From positions 3,507-67,506 of the forward strand of contig CAYNSH010000006.1 of assembly GCA_964399775.1 (NCBI GenBank): a DNA stretch of 64,000 nucleotides, in the 5' to 3' direction. Position 1 is the stretch's first letter. Every line of letters begins with the position of its first letter. The DNA is from an uncultured Verrucomicrobiota bacterium (GTDB lineage Bacteria > Verrucomicrobiota > Kiritimatiellia > CAIQIC01 > Lenti-01). A program made the translations under genes and the position numbers. The notes beneath the pieces are model-generated. The model did not search any database. It was not told the origin of the DNA and saw only the letters and a program-made list of their open reading frames with translations. Shown here in pieces: positions 26,479 to 38,412 of the stretch.

Positions 26479-28841
26479 GCGGATGGTTGATGAAGGGGAA
26501 GCGCCTGGGCCTCTGGGCCGTGGCGGCCTGGCTGTGGGCCGCGGCCGCGACGTCGGCGACGACGATTCGCGAGATCCGCGTGGTCCCCGTGGACGATGTA
26601 CCGGTCAGCGCGGAGCAGGTCCGGGCGCAGATCCATTCCCGCGAGGGCTTGGAACTGGATCGCATGGCCTTGTCGGAAGATATCCGCGCGATCCAGCGCG
26701 CCGGCGTGTTTTCGTATGCGGAAGTGCGCGTGGAAACGGCGCCGGACGGCAGCGCCATCCTGATCTATCGGGTGGCCGGACGCCCGCGCATCCGGTCGCT
26801 GCGCATCACCGGCGCCGACCGCCTGGGCAACCGCAAGGTCCGCAACCTGCTCGAAATCGGTTCCGGCGACCTCGTGGACCAGGCGCTGCTCGGCGAACGC
26901 GCCCAAACCGTTCGCGAAACCTATCGCAAGGATTTTTATCCCGATGCCCGGCTGACCTGGACCTTGAAGCCGGTGGAAGACAGTCCGGAGTCCGTGGATG
27001 TCGACATCCAGGTCAAGGAAGGACGGCGGGCTTTCGTGCGCCGGATACATTTCGAGGGCCTGCCGCGCCCGCCGCGGCTTCCGCGGTTGCGCAAGCCGCC
27101 GATGGTCGCGCGCAAGGAGTTGCTGAAGGCCATGACCCAGCGGCAGTCCTCGTGGCTGTCGTGGATCAACAACGATGGCCTCTACGATCCCGGCAGCCTG
27201 ATGATCGACCGCGAGGCCGTGCGGAAGGTGTTCCTCGACCGGGGATTCCTGGCGGCGACCGTCGGTGAGCCGGTGTTCACCTACGTGGGCCGGCGCAAGA
27301 TCGATGTGACGTTTGCCGTGAATCCGGGCCCTCTGTACCGCCTGTCCGAGTGGCGGATCAACGGGGTCGAGGTGTTCCCGGTGGCGGACCTGGAGCGCGG
27401 GGTGGTGGCCGCGTCCGACCGGCCGGCCGCCATGGAGGGCATTCGCCGCAGCGCTCAAAACCTGCGCGACTTCTACGGGTCCCGCGGCTATATCCGTACC
27501 GGGGTGGAGCCGCGCGTGGAACTCGATATCGAGTCCGCTTCCGCATCGGTGGTCTACGAGGTTCGCGAGGGCATGCTCTCCCATATCCAGAACATCGACA
27601 TCCGCGGCAACGCGCAGACGAAAGACAAGGTGATCCGCCGGGAAATCGGCGTGGCCCCCGGCGATGTCTTCAACGAGGTGCGCATTCGCAGCAGCGAGAG
27701 CCGACTGAAAAACCTGGGCTACTTCTCCTTCGTCAATGCGTATCCCGAATCGACGGCGGTTTCGAATCGCTTCAACCTGGTTTTCGATGTGGAAGAGCAG
27801 CGCACCGGCCAGTTGTCGCTGGGGGCCGGACTTTCCAGCATCGACAACGTGATCGGCTATGTGGAGCTGATCCAGAGCAATTTCGACCTGTTTGGCTGGC
27901 CGCGGATGACCGGCGGCGGCCAGCGGCTGCGGTTGCGCGCGCAGGCCGGCTCCAAGCGAACGGATCTGGAACTGTCGCTGATCGAGCCGTGGTTCCTAAA
28001 CCGACGGCTGTCGCTGGGGCTGGACCTGTACCGGCGGGATGCCCGCTATTACAGCAGCGCCTGGGAGCAGGTCACGCTAGGCGGCAACCTGACCCTGGGC
28101 CGGCCAGTGGGCGCGTTCAATCGCGTCAATCTGATCTATGGCCTCGAGGACATCGATATCCGCAACGTGTCGACCAACGCCAGCGAACGGATCCAGCGCG
28201 AGGCCGTCGAGCGCCTCAAGAGCTTTGGCAGCCTGGAACTCATTCGCGACACCCGCAACCACCCGTTCCTGCCCACGCGCGGGTTCCGCGGATCGGCCTC
28301 GGCCACGCTGGCCGGCGGGCCCTTCGGCGGGGAGACCGACACCTATCAGTTCAGCCTGCGCGGTTCCCAGTTCTTCCCGCTGTGGTTCGACCACGTGCTC
28401 AACCTGCGCGGGTGGACCTCGATGGTCCAGGAGTATGGCGATTCCGACAGCGTACCGATCTTCGACCGCCTGTTCCTGGGCGGGCCGCGCAGCGTCCGGG
28501 CCATCAAGTACCGCAGGCTGGGGCCGAAGGACGAAAACAACGAGGCGCTGGGCGGCCGCTCAGCAGCCCATGCCACCGTGGAATACACCCTGCCATTGTT
28601 TGAAAAGGTCCGCTTTGCCGTGTTCTACGATGCCGGCATCGTCTGGCAGGACCTCTATGAGAAGGTCGCCGGCGAGGATGAGGCCGTCGGCGACGGCGTC
28701 TTCAACGACGGCTACGGCATCGGGGTCCGCTTCGATTTCCCCGGATTCCCCATCCAGTTGGACTACGCCTGGCCGATCAATACCGACGATGTGACGTCGG
28801 ATAGCGGCCGGTTCAGCTTCTTTATCGGGTATACCTACTGA
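26475..28841 (+). CDS. bamA: Outer membrane protein assembly factor BamA
   Basis: Signal peptide, POTRA-like repeats (IREIRVVPVDDV..., IRSLRITGADRLGN...) and a C-terminal Omp85 barrel ending FSFFIGYTY. ATGA overlap with dnaB. Confidence 0.9.
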   Translation: MSGWLMKGKRLGLWAVAAWLWAAAATSATTIREIRVVPVDDVPVSAEQVRAQIHSREGLELDRMALSEDIRAIQRAGVFSYAEVRVETAPDGSAILIYRVAGRPRIRSLRITGADRLGNRKVRNLLEIGSGDLVDQALLGERAQTVRETYRKDFYPDARLTWTLKPVEDSPESVDVDIQVKEGRRAFVRRIHFEGLPRPPRLPRLRKPPMVARKELLKAMTQRQSSWLSWINNDGLYDPGSLMIDREAVRKVFLDRGFLAATVGEPVFTYVGRRKIDVTFAVNPGPLYRLSEWRINGVEVFPVADLERGVVAASDRPAAMEGIRRSAQNLRDFYGSRGYIRTGVEPRVELDIESASASVVYEVREGMLSHIQNIDIRGNAQTKDKVIRREIGVAPGDVFNEVRIRSSESRLKNLGYFSFVNAYPESTAVSNRFNLVFDVEEQRTGQLSLGAGLSSIDNVIGYVELIQSNFDLFGWPRMTGGGQRLRLRAQAGSKRTDLELSLIEPWFLNRRLSLGLDLYRRDARYYSSAWEQVTLGGNLTLGRPVGAFNRVNLIYGLEDIDIRNVSTNASERIQREAVERLKSFGSLELIRDTRNHPFLPTRGFRGSASATLAGGPFGGETDTYQFSLRGSQFFPLWFDHVLNLRGWTSMVQEYGDSDSVPIFDRLFLGGPRSVRAIKYRRLGPKDENNEALGGRSAAHATVEYTLPLFEKVRFAVFYDAGIVWQDLYEKVAGEDEAVGDGVFNDGYGIGVRFDFPGFPIQLDYAWPINTDDVTSDSGRFSFFIGYTY

Positions 28842-29009
28842 TCCGGCCCGCGGAGTGCGCAGAAGGGTCCGGGTTAAACGTTTTTCTCGGCCTGTGCTTG
28901 ACAAACTGGGGGGAAACGGGGGAGACTCCCGCGAGTTTTGCCACGCCGTCACCGCGTGGCGTTGCTTTAAGAACAAAGGGTCCGGAAGGGCCATCAAACG
29001 GAGATGAAC

Positions 29010-31754
<2,745 letters not shown>

Positions 31755-31771
31755 GCCCCCCGGCGACACCA

Positions 31772-31798
31772 CCGCCCCCGGAAACGGGGGCGGTTTTT
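31772..31798 (+). terminator. Rho-independent terminator after ppdK
   Basis: CCGCCCCCG-GAAA-CGGGGGCGG followed by TTTTT. Confidence 0.8.
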
Positions 31799-31972
31799 GG
31801 TGTTTGGAGGGCCCCTTCCATAAGAAACCCAGACGACACCGAGGTCCCGCGGCGGACAGGCCGCCCTCCGCCCCGCGCGGAACGGGGCCATTCACGCGGT
31901 GATCGGGTGGGTCGGGCTTTGGCCCGACCGGGTTGGCCGTTTTGACCGGAGTCTTGCAGGCGGTTGCGCAAT

Positions 31973-31994
31973 TATACTATTTATAAATAGTATA
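31973..31994. promoter_or_regulatory. 22-bp perfect AT-rich palindrome TATACTATTTATAAATAGTATA upstream of the LysM lipoprotein operon
   Basis: Exact dyad symmetry, overlapping a TATAAT at 31993..31998. It is the only AT-rich patch in this intergenic region. Confidence 0.4.
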
Positions 31995-32103
31995 TAATGC
32001 TCCCGGGCCGTTCGATGTTGCGCGAAAAACACTCGTCGCGCCGCTCGTAATGGCCGCTCGTAATGGGTTTGATTTCGCTTGGGGATTTGCTAGGGTGCAG
32101 AAC

Positions 32104-32829
32104 ATGAACAGGGCGTTGATGAGGTGGTGGAAGGGTGCGGCGGCGATCTTGTTGTGCGCCGCGGTTTTGGCGGGGTGCGGGCGCGGGGAAAATGGGGCCC
32201 GTCAGGATGCGCGCGATGCGCGCAATCGTCAGTTGCGCCGCGCGCTGGCGGCGAAACAGGTGCAGGATATCGATGGCGCGATCGAGTGGTGTCTCAAGGC
32301 GCTGGAGCGGCGGCCGAACCTGGCGCTGGCGCATCGCGAACTGGCGCTGATGTATGACAACTACATCGAGGATTACGAACTGGCGATCTACCACTACCGC
32401 CGCTATCTCGACTTGCGGCCCGATTCGGAGCAGCGCGAAGCCGTCGAAGATTTGATTCGCCACTGCCGCGTATCCATCGCCAAGGGCATCGCGGACTCGC
32501 CCGCGGAATGGCGGCGCGATCTCGAGGCGCGCAACAACCGCATCCGCAACCTGGAAACCGAAGTGGCCGCGCTGCGCGCCGCCGCCGGTTCGCCGGCCTC
32601 CACGCCGCCCGCCTCGGCGCGCCCGGCGGCATCCCCGACAGTGACCCCCGTGGCCGCACCCGCTGCGCGCACGCATGTCGTGCAGGCCGGCGAGACGCTG
32701 GGCACGATCGCCCAGCGCTACTACGGGTCGCCGGCGCACTGGAACCGGATTTTTGAAGCCAACCGGGATGTGATTCGCAACCCGAACAATTTGCGCATCG
32801 GCACCACCTTGACGATTCCCCCGACCTAA
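32104..32829 (+). CDS. Lipoprotein with TPR-like region and C-terminal LysM domain
   Basis: Lipobox AAVLAGC, a TPR-like LALAHRELALMYDNYIEDYELAIYHYRRYLDLRP, and LysM HVVQAGETLGTIAQRYYGSPAHWNRIFEANRDVIRNPNNLRIGTTLTIP. Confidence 0.8.
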   Translation: MNRALMRWWKGAAAILLCAAVLAGCGRGENGARQDARDARNRQLRRALAAKQVQDIDGAIEWCLKALERRPNLALAHRELALMYDNYIEDYELAIYHYRRYLDLRPDSEQREAVEDLIRHCRVSIAKGIADSPAEWRRDLEARNNRIRNLETEVAALRAAAGSPASTPPASARPAASPTVTPVAAPAARTHVVQAGETLGTIAQRYYGSPAHWNRIFEANRDVIRNPNNLRIGTTLTIPPT

Positions 32830-32845
32830 ACCAGGAGCAAGCAGC

Positions 32846-33595
32846 ATGGGCACCGATTTTTTTGATGAAGACCTCGTTCGCGAACGCGAAGCGGCATTGA
32901 AGATCAAGCTGGGGGACGATGGGCGTTCCGCGCCGCGCGACGGCCATATTCCGTCCTCGCGCGATCTTCCCAACCGGCCGATCGGCGACCTGACGCTGAC
33001 GCATCTGGCGCGTCACAAGCAGGAGGTGACCGAGCAGATGGTGGACAAGTCCCAGGAACTGGACCGCCTGCGTGCGCGGCAGGAGGAACTGGAGCGCGAG
33101 CGGCGCATGCTCGAGGAAATGCGCCAGAAGCAGGAAGCCTTCGATACCGGACGGCGGGAGCTGAAGGATCGCTTGAATGAAAGCCTGGTACGCATGGAGC
33201 AGGAGCGGTTGCAGGCCGAGCGCCTGTCGCAGTTGCTGGATGAAACCCGCCGGCTGTTTCGCGAGCGCCTCGAAGAACTGGTGGCGCTGGACGAAGAGGA
33301 GTGGGAAGACGAGCATCTGATTGACGAGCTCAACAAGGCGCTGGTGTTGATCGAGAACATCCGCTCGGACTACAACAAGGGGTTGGCGAAGATCGATGCC
33401 GTCCGGCCGTCGGCGGGAGGCGCTTCGGCGGGGCCGCTGCGTTCGCTGAGCTTTGACGGCGCGCCGGCGGAATCGGGCGAGGGGGGCCGCGGATTCGGGT
33501 ACTGGCTGCGGGCGGGACTGGCCTTTACCCTGCCGTTGATGGTCCTGCTGGCGGTGTTGGCTGTGGCCTGGTTGCTGCTGGAATTCAGTTTCTAG
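32846..33595 (+). CDS. Hypothetical coiled-coil protein with C-terminal TM anchor (tail-anchored)
   Basis: A long Glu/Arg/Leu heptad region ending in WLRAGLAFTLPLMVLLAVLAVAWLLL. No family recognised. Confidence 0.55.
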   Translation: MGTDFFDEDLVREREAALKIKLGDDGRSAPRDGHIPSSRDLPNRPIGDLTLTHLARHKQEVTEQMVDKSQELDRLRARQEELERERRMLEEMRQKQEAFDTGRRELKDRLNESLVRMEQERLQAERLSQLLDETRRLFRERLEELVALDEEEWEDEHLIDELNKALVLIENIRSDYNKGLAKIDAVRPSAGGASAGPLRSLSFDGAPAESGEGGRGFGYWLRAGLAFTLPLMVLLAVLAVAWLLLEFSF

Positions 33596-33598
33596 TCC

Positions 33599-34141
33599 AT
33601 GGCCCTGGCCCGCAAACGAAGTAGCCTGGACCGGCGCTTGCGCGAGATCGAGCGTGAAAAACGCCGCGTGCGCGAACGGATGCGGGAGGTGCGGCGCTGG
33701 GCGGATCCCCTGCCGGAATCGGATGCGACCTGGCTGGAATCCAACCGGCCTTCTTCCCAACGGCAGGGGTATGGGGCAGCCTCTTCCGAAACCGTTCCGC
33801 CGCCCGTCGCGGTCGGCGTTCTGGAGATGGAGGCGCCGATGGCGCCGGACCAGGAGGTCTCGCTGGATTTCGCTCCGGGCCCCGAGGGGCTCAACGTCAA
33901 GCGCGTGGTCATGCCGCGACTGCAACGTACGGATCTGCTCCGGCCCTCCATTGGCGGCCAGCCGGTGGCGAACCGGTTGCTGGAGCCGGAACATGAACGG
34001 TTCCGCAACTACATCGGTTCCATGGGGCTCCGGCGCGTGCGCGAAGCCCGTCGCGAGCGCGGCAGCCATCGCCTGCGGGCGATGTTCATGATCGGGATGG
34101 TGCTGCTGTTGGGATATATCCTGTTCAAGATGCTGACATGA
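33599..34141 (+). CDS. Hypothetical protein with basic coiled-coil N-terminus and C-terminal TM anchor
   Basis: RKRSSLDRRLREIEREKRRVRERMREVRRW... ending in MFMIGMVLLLGYILFKML. It sits 3 nt after the previous gene and overlaps ogt by 4 nt. Confidence 0.5.
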   Translation: MALARKRSSLDRRLREIEREKRRVRERMREVRRWADPLPESDATWLESNRPSSQRQGYGAASSETVPPPVAVGVLEMEAPMAPDQEVSLDFAPGPEGLNVKRVVMPRLQRTDLLRPSIGGQPVANRLLEPEHERFRNYIGSMGLRRVREARRERGSHRLRAMFMIGMVLLLGYILFKMLT

Positions 34142-34704
34142 GCGCGCCGGCGGATGTCCGCACCGGGGTGCTGGAAACGACCTGGGGGAAGATCACGATT
34201 GCCGCGAAGCCGGAGGGGGTTCTGGCGTGCGGATTGCCGTCACGTCCGGCGCCGGGGCTGGGCCAAGGATTCCGCGTTTTGAACACGGTTCTGCCGGATC
34301 GCGCCCCGCGTTGGCTGCGGTCGGCGGTGGACCATGCGCGAGCGGCGCTGGAGGGCCGCCATCGCGGCAAGCCGCCGCCGGTGCACCCGGCGGTAGGGGA
34401 TCAGGCTTCGCGTTTTCAGCGCGCGGTGTGGCGGGAATTGCAGCACATCCCGTGGGGGCAGACCCGGACCTATGCGGAGATGGCCCGACGGATTGGGTCT
34501 CCGCGCGCCGCCCGGGCGGTAGGGGGCGCGTGCGGAGCGAATCCGGTCCCCCTGTTCATTCCATGCCATCGCGTGGTGGCCGCCTCTGGGCTCGGGGGCT
34601 TTTCCTCGGGCCTGGAGTGGAAAATACATTTGCTCGCCATGGAGACCACCCGCCGGGACCAGGTCGCCCCGTCCGGGAGCCCGGCGCGAAGGAAGTCACG
34701 ATGA
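34138..34704 (+). CDS. ogt: Methylated-DNA-protein-cysteine methyltransferase
   Basis: IPWGQTRTYAEMARRIGSPRAARAVGGACGANPVPLFIPCHRVV, containing the PCHRV active site. Confidence 0.9.
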   Translation: MSAPADVRTGVLETTWGKITIAAKPEGVLACGLPSRPAPGLGQGFRVLNTVLPDRAPRWLRSAVDHARAALEGRHRGKPPPVHPAVGDQASRFQRAVWRELQHIPWGQTRTYAEMARRIGSPRAARAVGGACGANPVPLFIPCHRVVAASGLGGFSSGLEWKIHLLAMETTRRDQVAPSGSPARRKSR

Positions 34705-35789
34705 AGGTGGCGGTGGCCTGTGGCGGAACGGGTGGACACGTCTTTCCGGGGCTGGCGACGGCGCATGCGTTGCTCGGACGCGGCCACGAGGTGACGCTCT
34801 GGCTGACGGGGCGGGACACGGAGCGCGCCGCCCTGAAGGACTGGGATGGCCCCGTGGTGGAGATTCCGGCGCGCGGATTTCCTTCGGGCATTTCATGGCG
34901 GTCGCTGCAAACCACGTGGGCCCTGCTGCGCGCCGTGGGCCGCTGTCGAGCGCAGATGCGCCGGGATCGGCCCGATGTGCTGCTGGCCATGGGGTCGTAT
35001 GCCTCGGTGGGACCGTGCAGCGCGGCGCGCCTGCTGGGCGTGCCGATGGTGTTGCACGAGGCCAATGTGATCCCGGGCCGGGCGGTGCGCCTGTTCTCGC
35101 GGTCGGCCGCGGCGGTGGCGGCCGGCTTCGAGGAAACGCGCTACCATCTGCATGTGCCGAATCTCTCCGTGGTGGGCATTCCGCTGCGCGAAGAACTGAC
35201 GGTCGCCGCCCGCGGCCTGCCGCCGCGTGACGCCAGCCCATCCGCCCCTGTGCGGTTGCTGGCGATGGGCGGCAGCATGGGGGCGCATCGCCTCAACGAA
35301 GTGGTCGTGGGCGCCCTGGTACGGTTGAAAAAGAAAAACCTGGCGCCGACGATTTGCCATCTGACCGGCCGCGCGGACGAAGCGATGGTCCGCGCCGCCT
35401 ATCAGGCGGCGGGGATCGATGCCGAAGTGATTGCGTTCACCAAATACATGGCGCCGCTGTATCACGGGGCGGATCTGGCGATCTGCCGGGCGGGGGCGTC
35501 CACGTGCGCGGAGTTGTCCTTTTTCGGGGTGCCGGCGCTTTTTGTTCCCTATCCGCATGCCGCGGGGGATCACCAAACCGCGAACGCGCAGGCCCTGGCC
35601 AAGCGTGGCACCGCGGACGTGGTGGCGGAGCCGGATCTTTCGCCCGAGTGGCTGGAGGCCTACCTGGCCCAAACCCTGCGCAAGCCTGAACGGCTGGACC
35701 GAATGCGCGAACTGGCGGGCAAGGAAGGCGTGCCCGACGGCACCCAGGCGCTGGCCTCACGGGTGGAGGCATGCGCACGCCCCGCCTGA
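34701..35789 (+). CDS. murG: UDP-N-acetylglucosamine-N-acetylmuramyl-(pentapeptide) pyrophosphoryl-undecaprenol GlcNAc transferase
   Basis: MKVAVACGGTGGHVFPGLATAHAL...MGGSMGA...CRAGASTCAELSFFGVPALFVPYPHAAGDHQTANA. ATGA overlap with ogt. Confidence 0.9.
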   Translation: MKVAVACGGTGGHVFPGLATAHALLGRGHEVTLWLTGRDTERAALKDWDGPVVEIPARGFPSGISWRSLQTTWALLRAVGRCRAQMRRDRPDVLLAMGSYASVGPCSAARLLGVPMVLHEANVIPGRAVRLFSRSAAAVAAGFEETRYHLHVPNLSVVGIPLREELTVAARGLPPRDASPSAPVRLLAMGGSMGAHRLNEVVVGALVRLKKKNLAPTICHLTGRADEAMVRAAYQAAGIDAEVIAFTKYMAPLYHGADLAICRAGASTCAELSFFGVPALFVPYPHAAGDHQTANAQALAKRGTADVVAEPDLSPEWLEAYLAQTLRKPERLDRMRELAGKEGVPDGTQALASRVEACARPA

Positions 35790-37213
35790 CGCCCGCCGAG
35801 CCGTGGCGGGGCGGCCTTCGCCGGCTGATTGCCCGGCCGGAATCCCGCGTTCACCTGATGGGGGTGGGCGGTATTGGCATGGCGGGCCTGGCCCGGCTGT
35901 TGTCGGCGCGGGGCTTGCGGGTATCGGGGTGCGATGCCGGCACCCCGCGCACCCTGGACTGGCTGCGGTCGTGTGGCCTTCCCGTGGTTACGGGACATGA
36001 CCGCGGACACTTGGCGGACACCGATTGGGCGGTCTACAGCCCGGCGCTGGCGCCGGGGCATCCGGAGCGCGAAGAAGCCGTCCGCCGGGGCATCCCGCTG
36101 TTTCGCCGCGGGCAGGCCCTGGCCGTGGTGGGCGAGCTGTGGCGAACGATTGCCGTGGCGGGCACGCATGGCAAAACCACGACATCCTCCATGGTGGCGC
36201 ACATGCTGCGTTCGTGCGGAACGATGGCGTCGTGGTGCATCGGCGGGGAGTTGGCTCCCACGGGGGCCCCGGCGGAGGTCGGCGCGGGTGAATGGCTGGT
36301 GATCGAGGCGGATGAAAGTGATGGAACGCTGGCGCACCATGCGCCGGAGATGGCGGTGATCACCAACGTGGAGTTTGACCACATGGAACACTTCGCCGCA
36401 AAGGAGGCGATGGAGGAGTGCTTCCGGACCTTTGCGCGCCAGGCCGGTTTCGTGGTGTATGGCGCCGAAGATCCGGTGGCCTCGCGGCTGGGCCGGGATG
36501 TCGGCGGCATCGGGGTGGGGTGTGGGGAGGGCGCCGACTTCCGGGCCGACGGCATCCAACCAGGTCGGGGCGGCACGCGGTTCCGGGTTCGCGCGCCGGG
36601 GGGGCGCGTGGTGCAGGTGGACTTGCCGTTGACGGGACGCCACAACGTGTTGAATGCGCTGACGGCGCTGGCCGCCTGCGATCGGGTCGGCGTGGACTGG
36701 GCGGCGGCCGCGGCGGCGCTGGCGACGTTTCGTTTGCCGCGCCGGCGCTTTGAGGTGGTCGCCGCCGCAAACGGAATCCGCATCGTGGCGGACTACGCCC
36801 ACCATCCCTCGGAAATCCGCGCATTGATCGATGCGGCGCGCCAGGCGGGGGCCGTGCGAATCCGGGCGGCTTTCCAACCGCACCGATACACGCGGACCCA
36901 GGCATTGGGGCCCCAGTTCCCGCCGGCGTTCAACGGCGTGGATGAGGTGGTGCTCCTGCCGGTCTATGCCGCCAGCGAGCCTCCGCTGGCCGGCGGGTCA
37001 TCGGCCGACCTTCAGAAGCATTTTCGGCGCCACGGGGACGCACCGGTGGAGTTGGCGGAAAGCCTGGAGGATGCCGCGGCACGCCTGTCGGCCCGGTGGC
37101 AGGCGGGGGATTGGATCTTGATCGTCGGGGCGGGGGATGTCGAGGAACTGGGCCCGATGCTGAAGTCGCGACTGATCGGGGACGAAAAGAGGGTGGATGG
37201 CATCGCACAATGA
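35771..37213 (+). CDS. murC: UDP-N-acetylmuramate-L-alanine ligase
   Basis: VHLMGVGGIGMAGLARLL, VAGTHGKTTTSSMVAHML, VIEADESDGT, TNVEFDHMEH, TGRHNVLNAL and ADYAHHPSEI. Confidence 0.9.
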   Translation: MRTPRLTPAEPWRGGLRRLIARPESRVHLMGVGGIGMAGLARLLSARGLRVSGCDAGTPRTLDWLRSCGLPVVTGHDRGHLADTDWAVYSPALAPGHPEREEAVRRGIPLFRRGQALAVVGELWRTIAVAGTHGKTTTSSMVAHMLRSCGTMASWCIGGELAPTGAPAEVGAGEWLVIEADESDGTLAHHAPEMAVITNVEFDHMEHFAAKEAMEECFRTFARQAGFVVYGAEDPVASRLGRDVGGIGVGCGEGADFRADGIQPGRGGTRFRVRAPGGRVVQVDLPLTGRHNVLNALTALAACDRVGVDWAAAAAALATFRLPRRRFEVVAAANGIRIVADYAHHPSEIRALIDAARQAGAVRIRAAFQPHRYTRTQALGPQFPPAFNGVDEVVLLPVYAASEPPLAGGSSADLQKHFRRHGDAPVELAESLEDAAARLSARWQAGDWILIVGAGDVEELGPMLKSRLIGDEKRVDGIAQ

Positions 37214-37440
37214 GGTCAGGGGCGCTGCGGAGAACCGCATATCAGCCATCGGCTAGACCTGACGCCTCGGAACCGTGGACCTCGAACCGATACTTGGTCT
37301 TCGTCGTATGCCATCCACCGCCCGTCACCCTACAACAGGATGGCCAGCCGTCAAGCCCTCCGTCTGGTTGTTCCGTGGATTCTCATTGAACAGGCGGAGG
37401 GGGGGGTGCTAGGGTTCGGGGCCTAGAAAGGCTATAGGGA

Positions 37441-38412
37441 ATGGATCGCAAGTCATGGACCGTGGTGACCGGCGGCGCCGGATTCATCGGCCGAAACGTC
37501 GTGGCGGAATTGAACCGCCGCGGCGTGGAGCGCATCCTGATGGTGGACGATTTGGGCACGGACGAGCGCTGGAAAAACCTGCGGGGGCTGGTGGTGGAGG
37601 AGATTTGGCCGATTGAGCGTTTCCGCGAGGCGGTGAGATCAAACGGCCTTCCGCCGGTCAAGACCGTCTACCACCTGGGGGCGTGCAGCCGCACCACCGA
37701 GACCGATGCCGACTATCTGCTCGACAACAACACCCGCTATACGCGGGAGTTGTGCGAGTGGTGCCTGGAGCGGGGGACGCGGTTTGTCTATGCCTCGAGC
37801 GCCGCCACCTATGGCGATGGCTCGCATGGCTATTCGGACGCGGATGAGGCCACCCCGGGCCTGATGCCCCTGAACATGTACGGCATGAGCAAGCACCTGT
37901 TCGACCTCTGGGCGCTGCGCAGCGGGATCCTGGGGCGGGTGGCCGGCCTGAAGTATTTCAACGTGTACGGGCCGGGGGAGGATCACAAGGGCGACATGCG
38001 CTCGGTGGTCCACAAGGCCTTCGGCCAGATTCGCGAAACGGGCCGGGTCCGCCTGTTCAAATCCTGCCGGCCGGACTATGCCGACGGCGAACAGGTGCGC
38101 GACTTTGTGTATGTGAAGGATGCCGTGGATGTGACGCTGTTCTGCGGCGAGAACGACAAGGCCTCCGGGCTGTTCAACTGCGGAACGGGACGGGCCCGGT
38201 CGTGGAACGATCTGGCCCAGGCGACGTTTGCGGCGATGGGCCGGGAACCCTGCATCGAGTATATCGAGATGCCGGAATCGCTGCGGGACAAGTACCAGTA
38301 TTTCACGCAGGCGGAGATGGGCAAGCTGCGGGCCGCGGGGTATGACCAGCCGTTTACCTCCCTCGAAGACGGCATCCGCGACTATGTGCAGGACCATCTG
38401 GCCCGGGATTGA
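37441..38412 (+). CDS. hldD: ADP-L-glycero-D-manno-heptose 6-epimerase
   Basis: VVTGGAGFIGRNVV...SSAATYG...YGMSKHLFD...LKYFNVYGPGEDHKGDMRSVV. Confidence 0.9.
   Translation: MDRKSWTVVTGGAGFIGRNVVAELNRRGVERILMVDDLGTDERWKNLRGLVVEEIWPIERFREAVRSNGLPPVKTVYHLGACSRTTETDADYLLDNNTRYTRELCEWCLERGTRFVYASSAATYGDGSHGYSDADEATPGLMPLNMYGMSKHLFDLWALRSGILGRVAGLKYFNVYGPGEDHKGDMRSVVHKAFGQIRETGRVRLFKSCRPDYADGEQVRDFVYVKDAVDVTLFCGENDKASGLFNCGTGRARSWNDLAQATFAAMGREPCIEYIEMPESLRDKYQYFTQAEMGKLRAAGYDQPFTSLEDGIRDYVQDHLARD

Noticed and set aside
37266-37300. GGTTCGAGGTCC (minus strand), resembling a tRNA T-arm, in the murC-hldD spacer
   Set aside because: I could not fold flanking sequence into T-stem, acceptor or anticodon arms, so it is not a tRNA. 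At most it is a decayed fragment.
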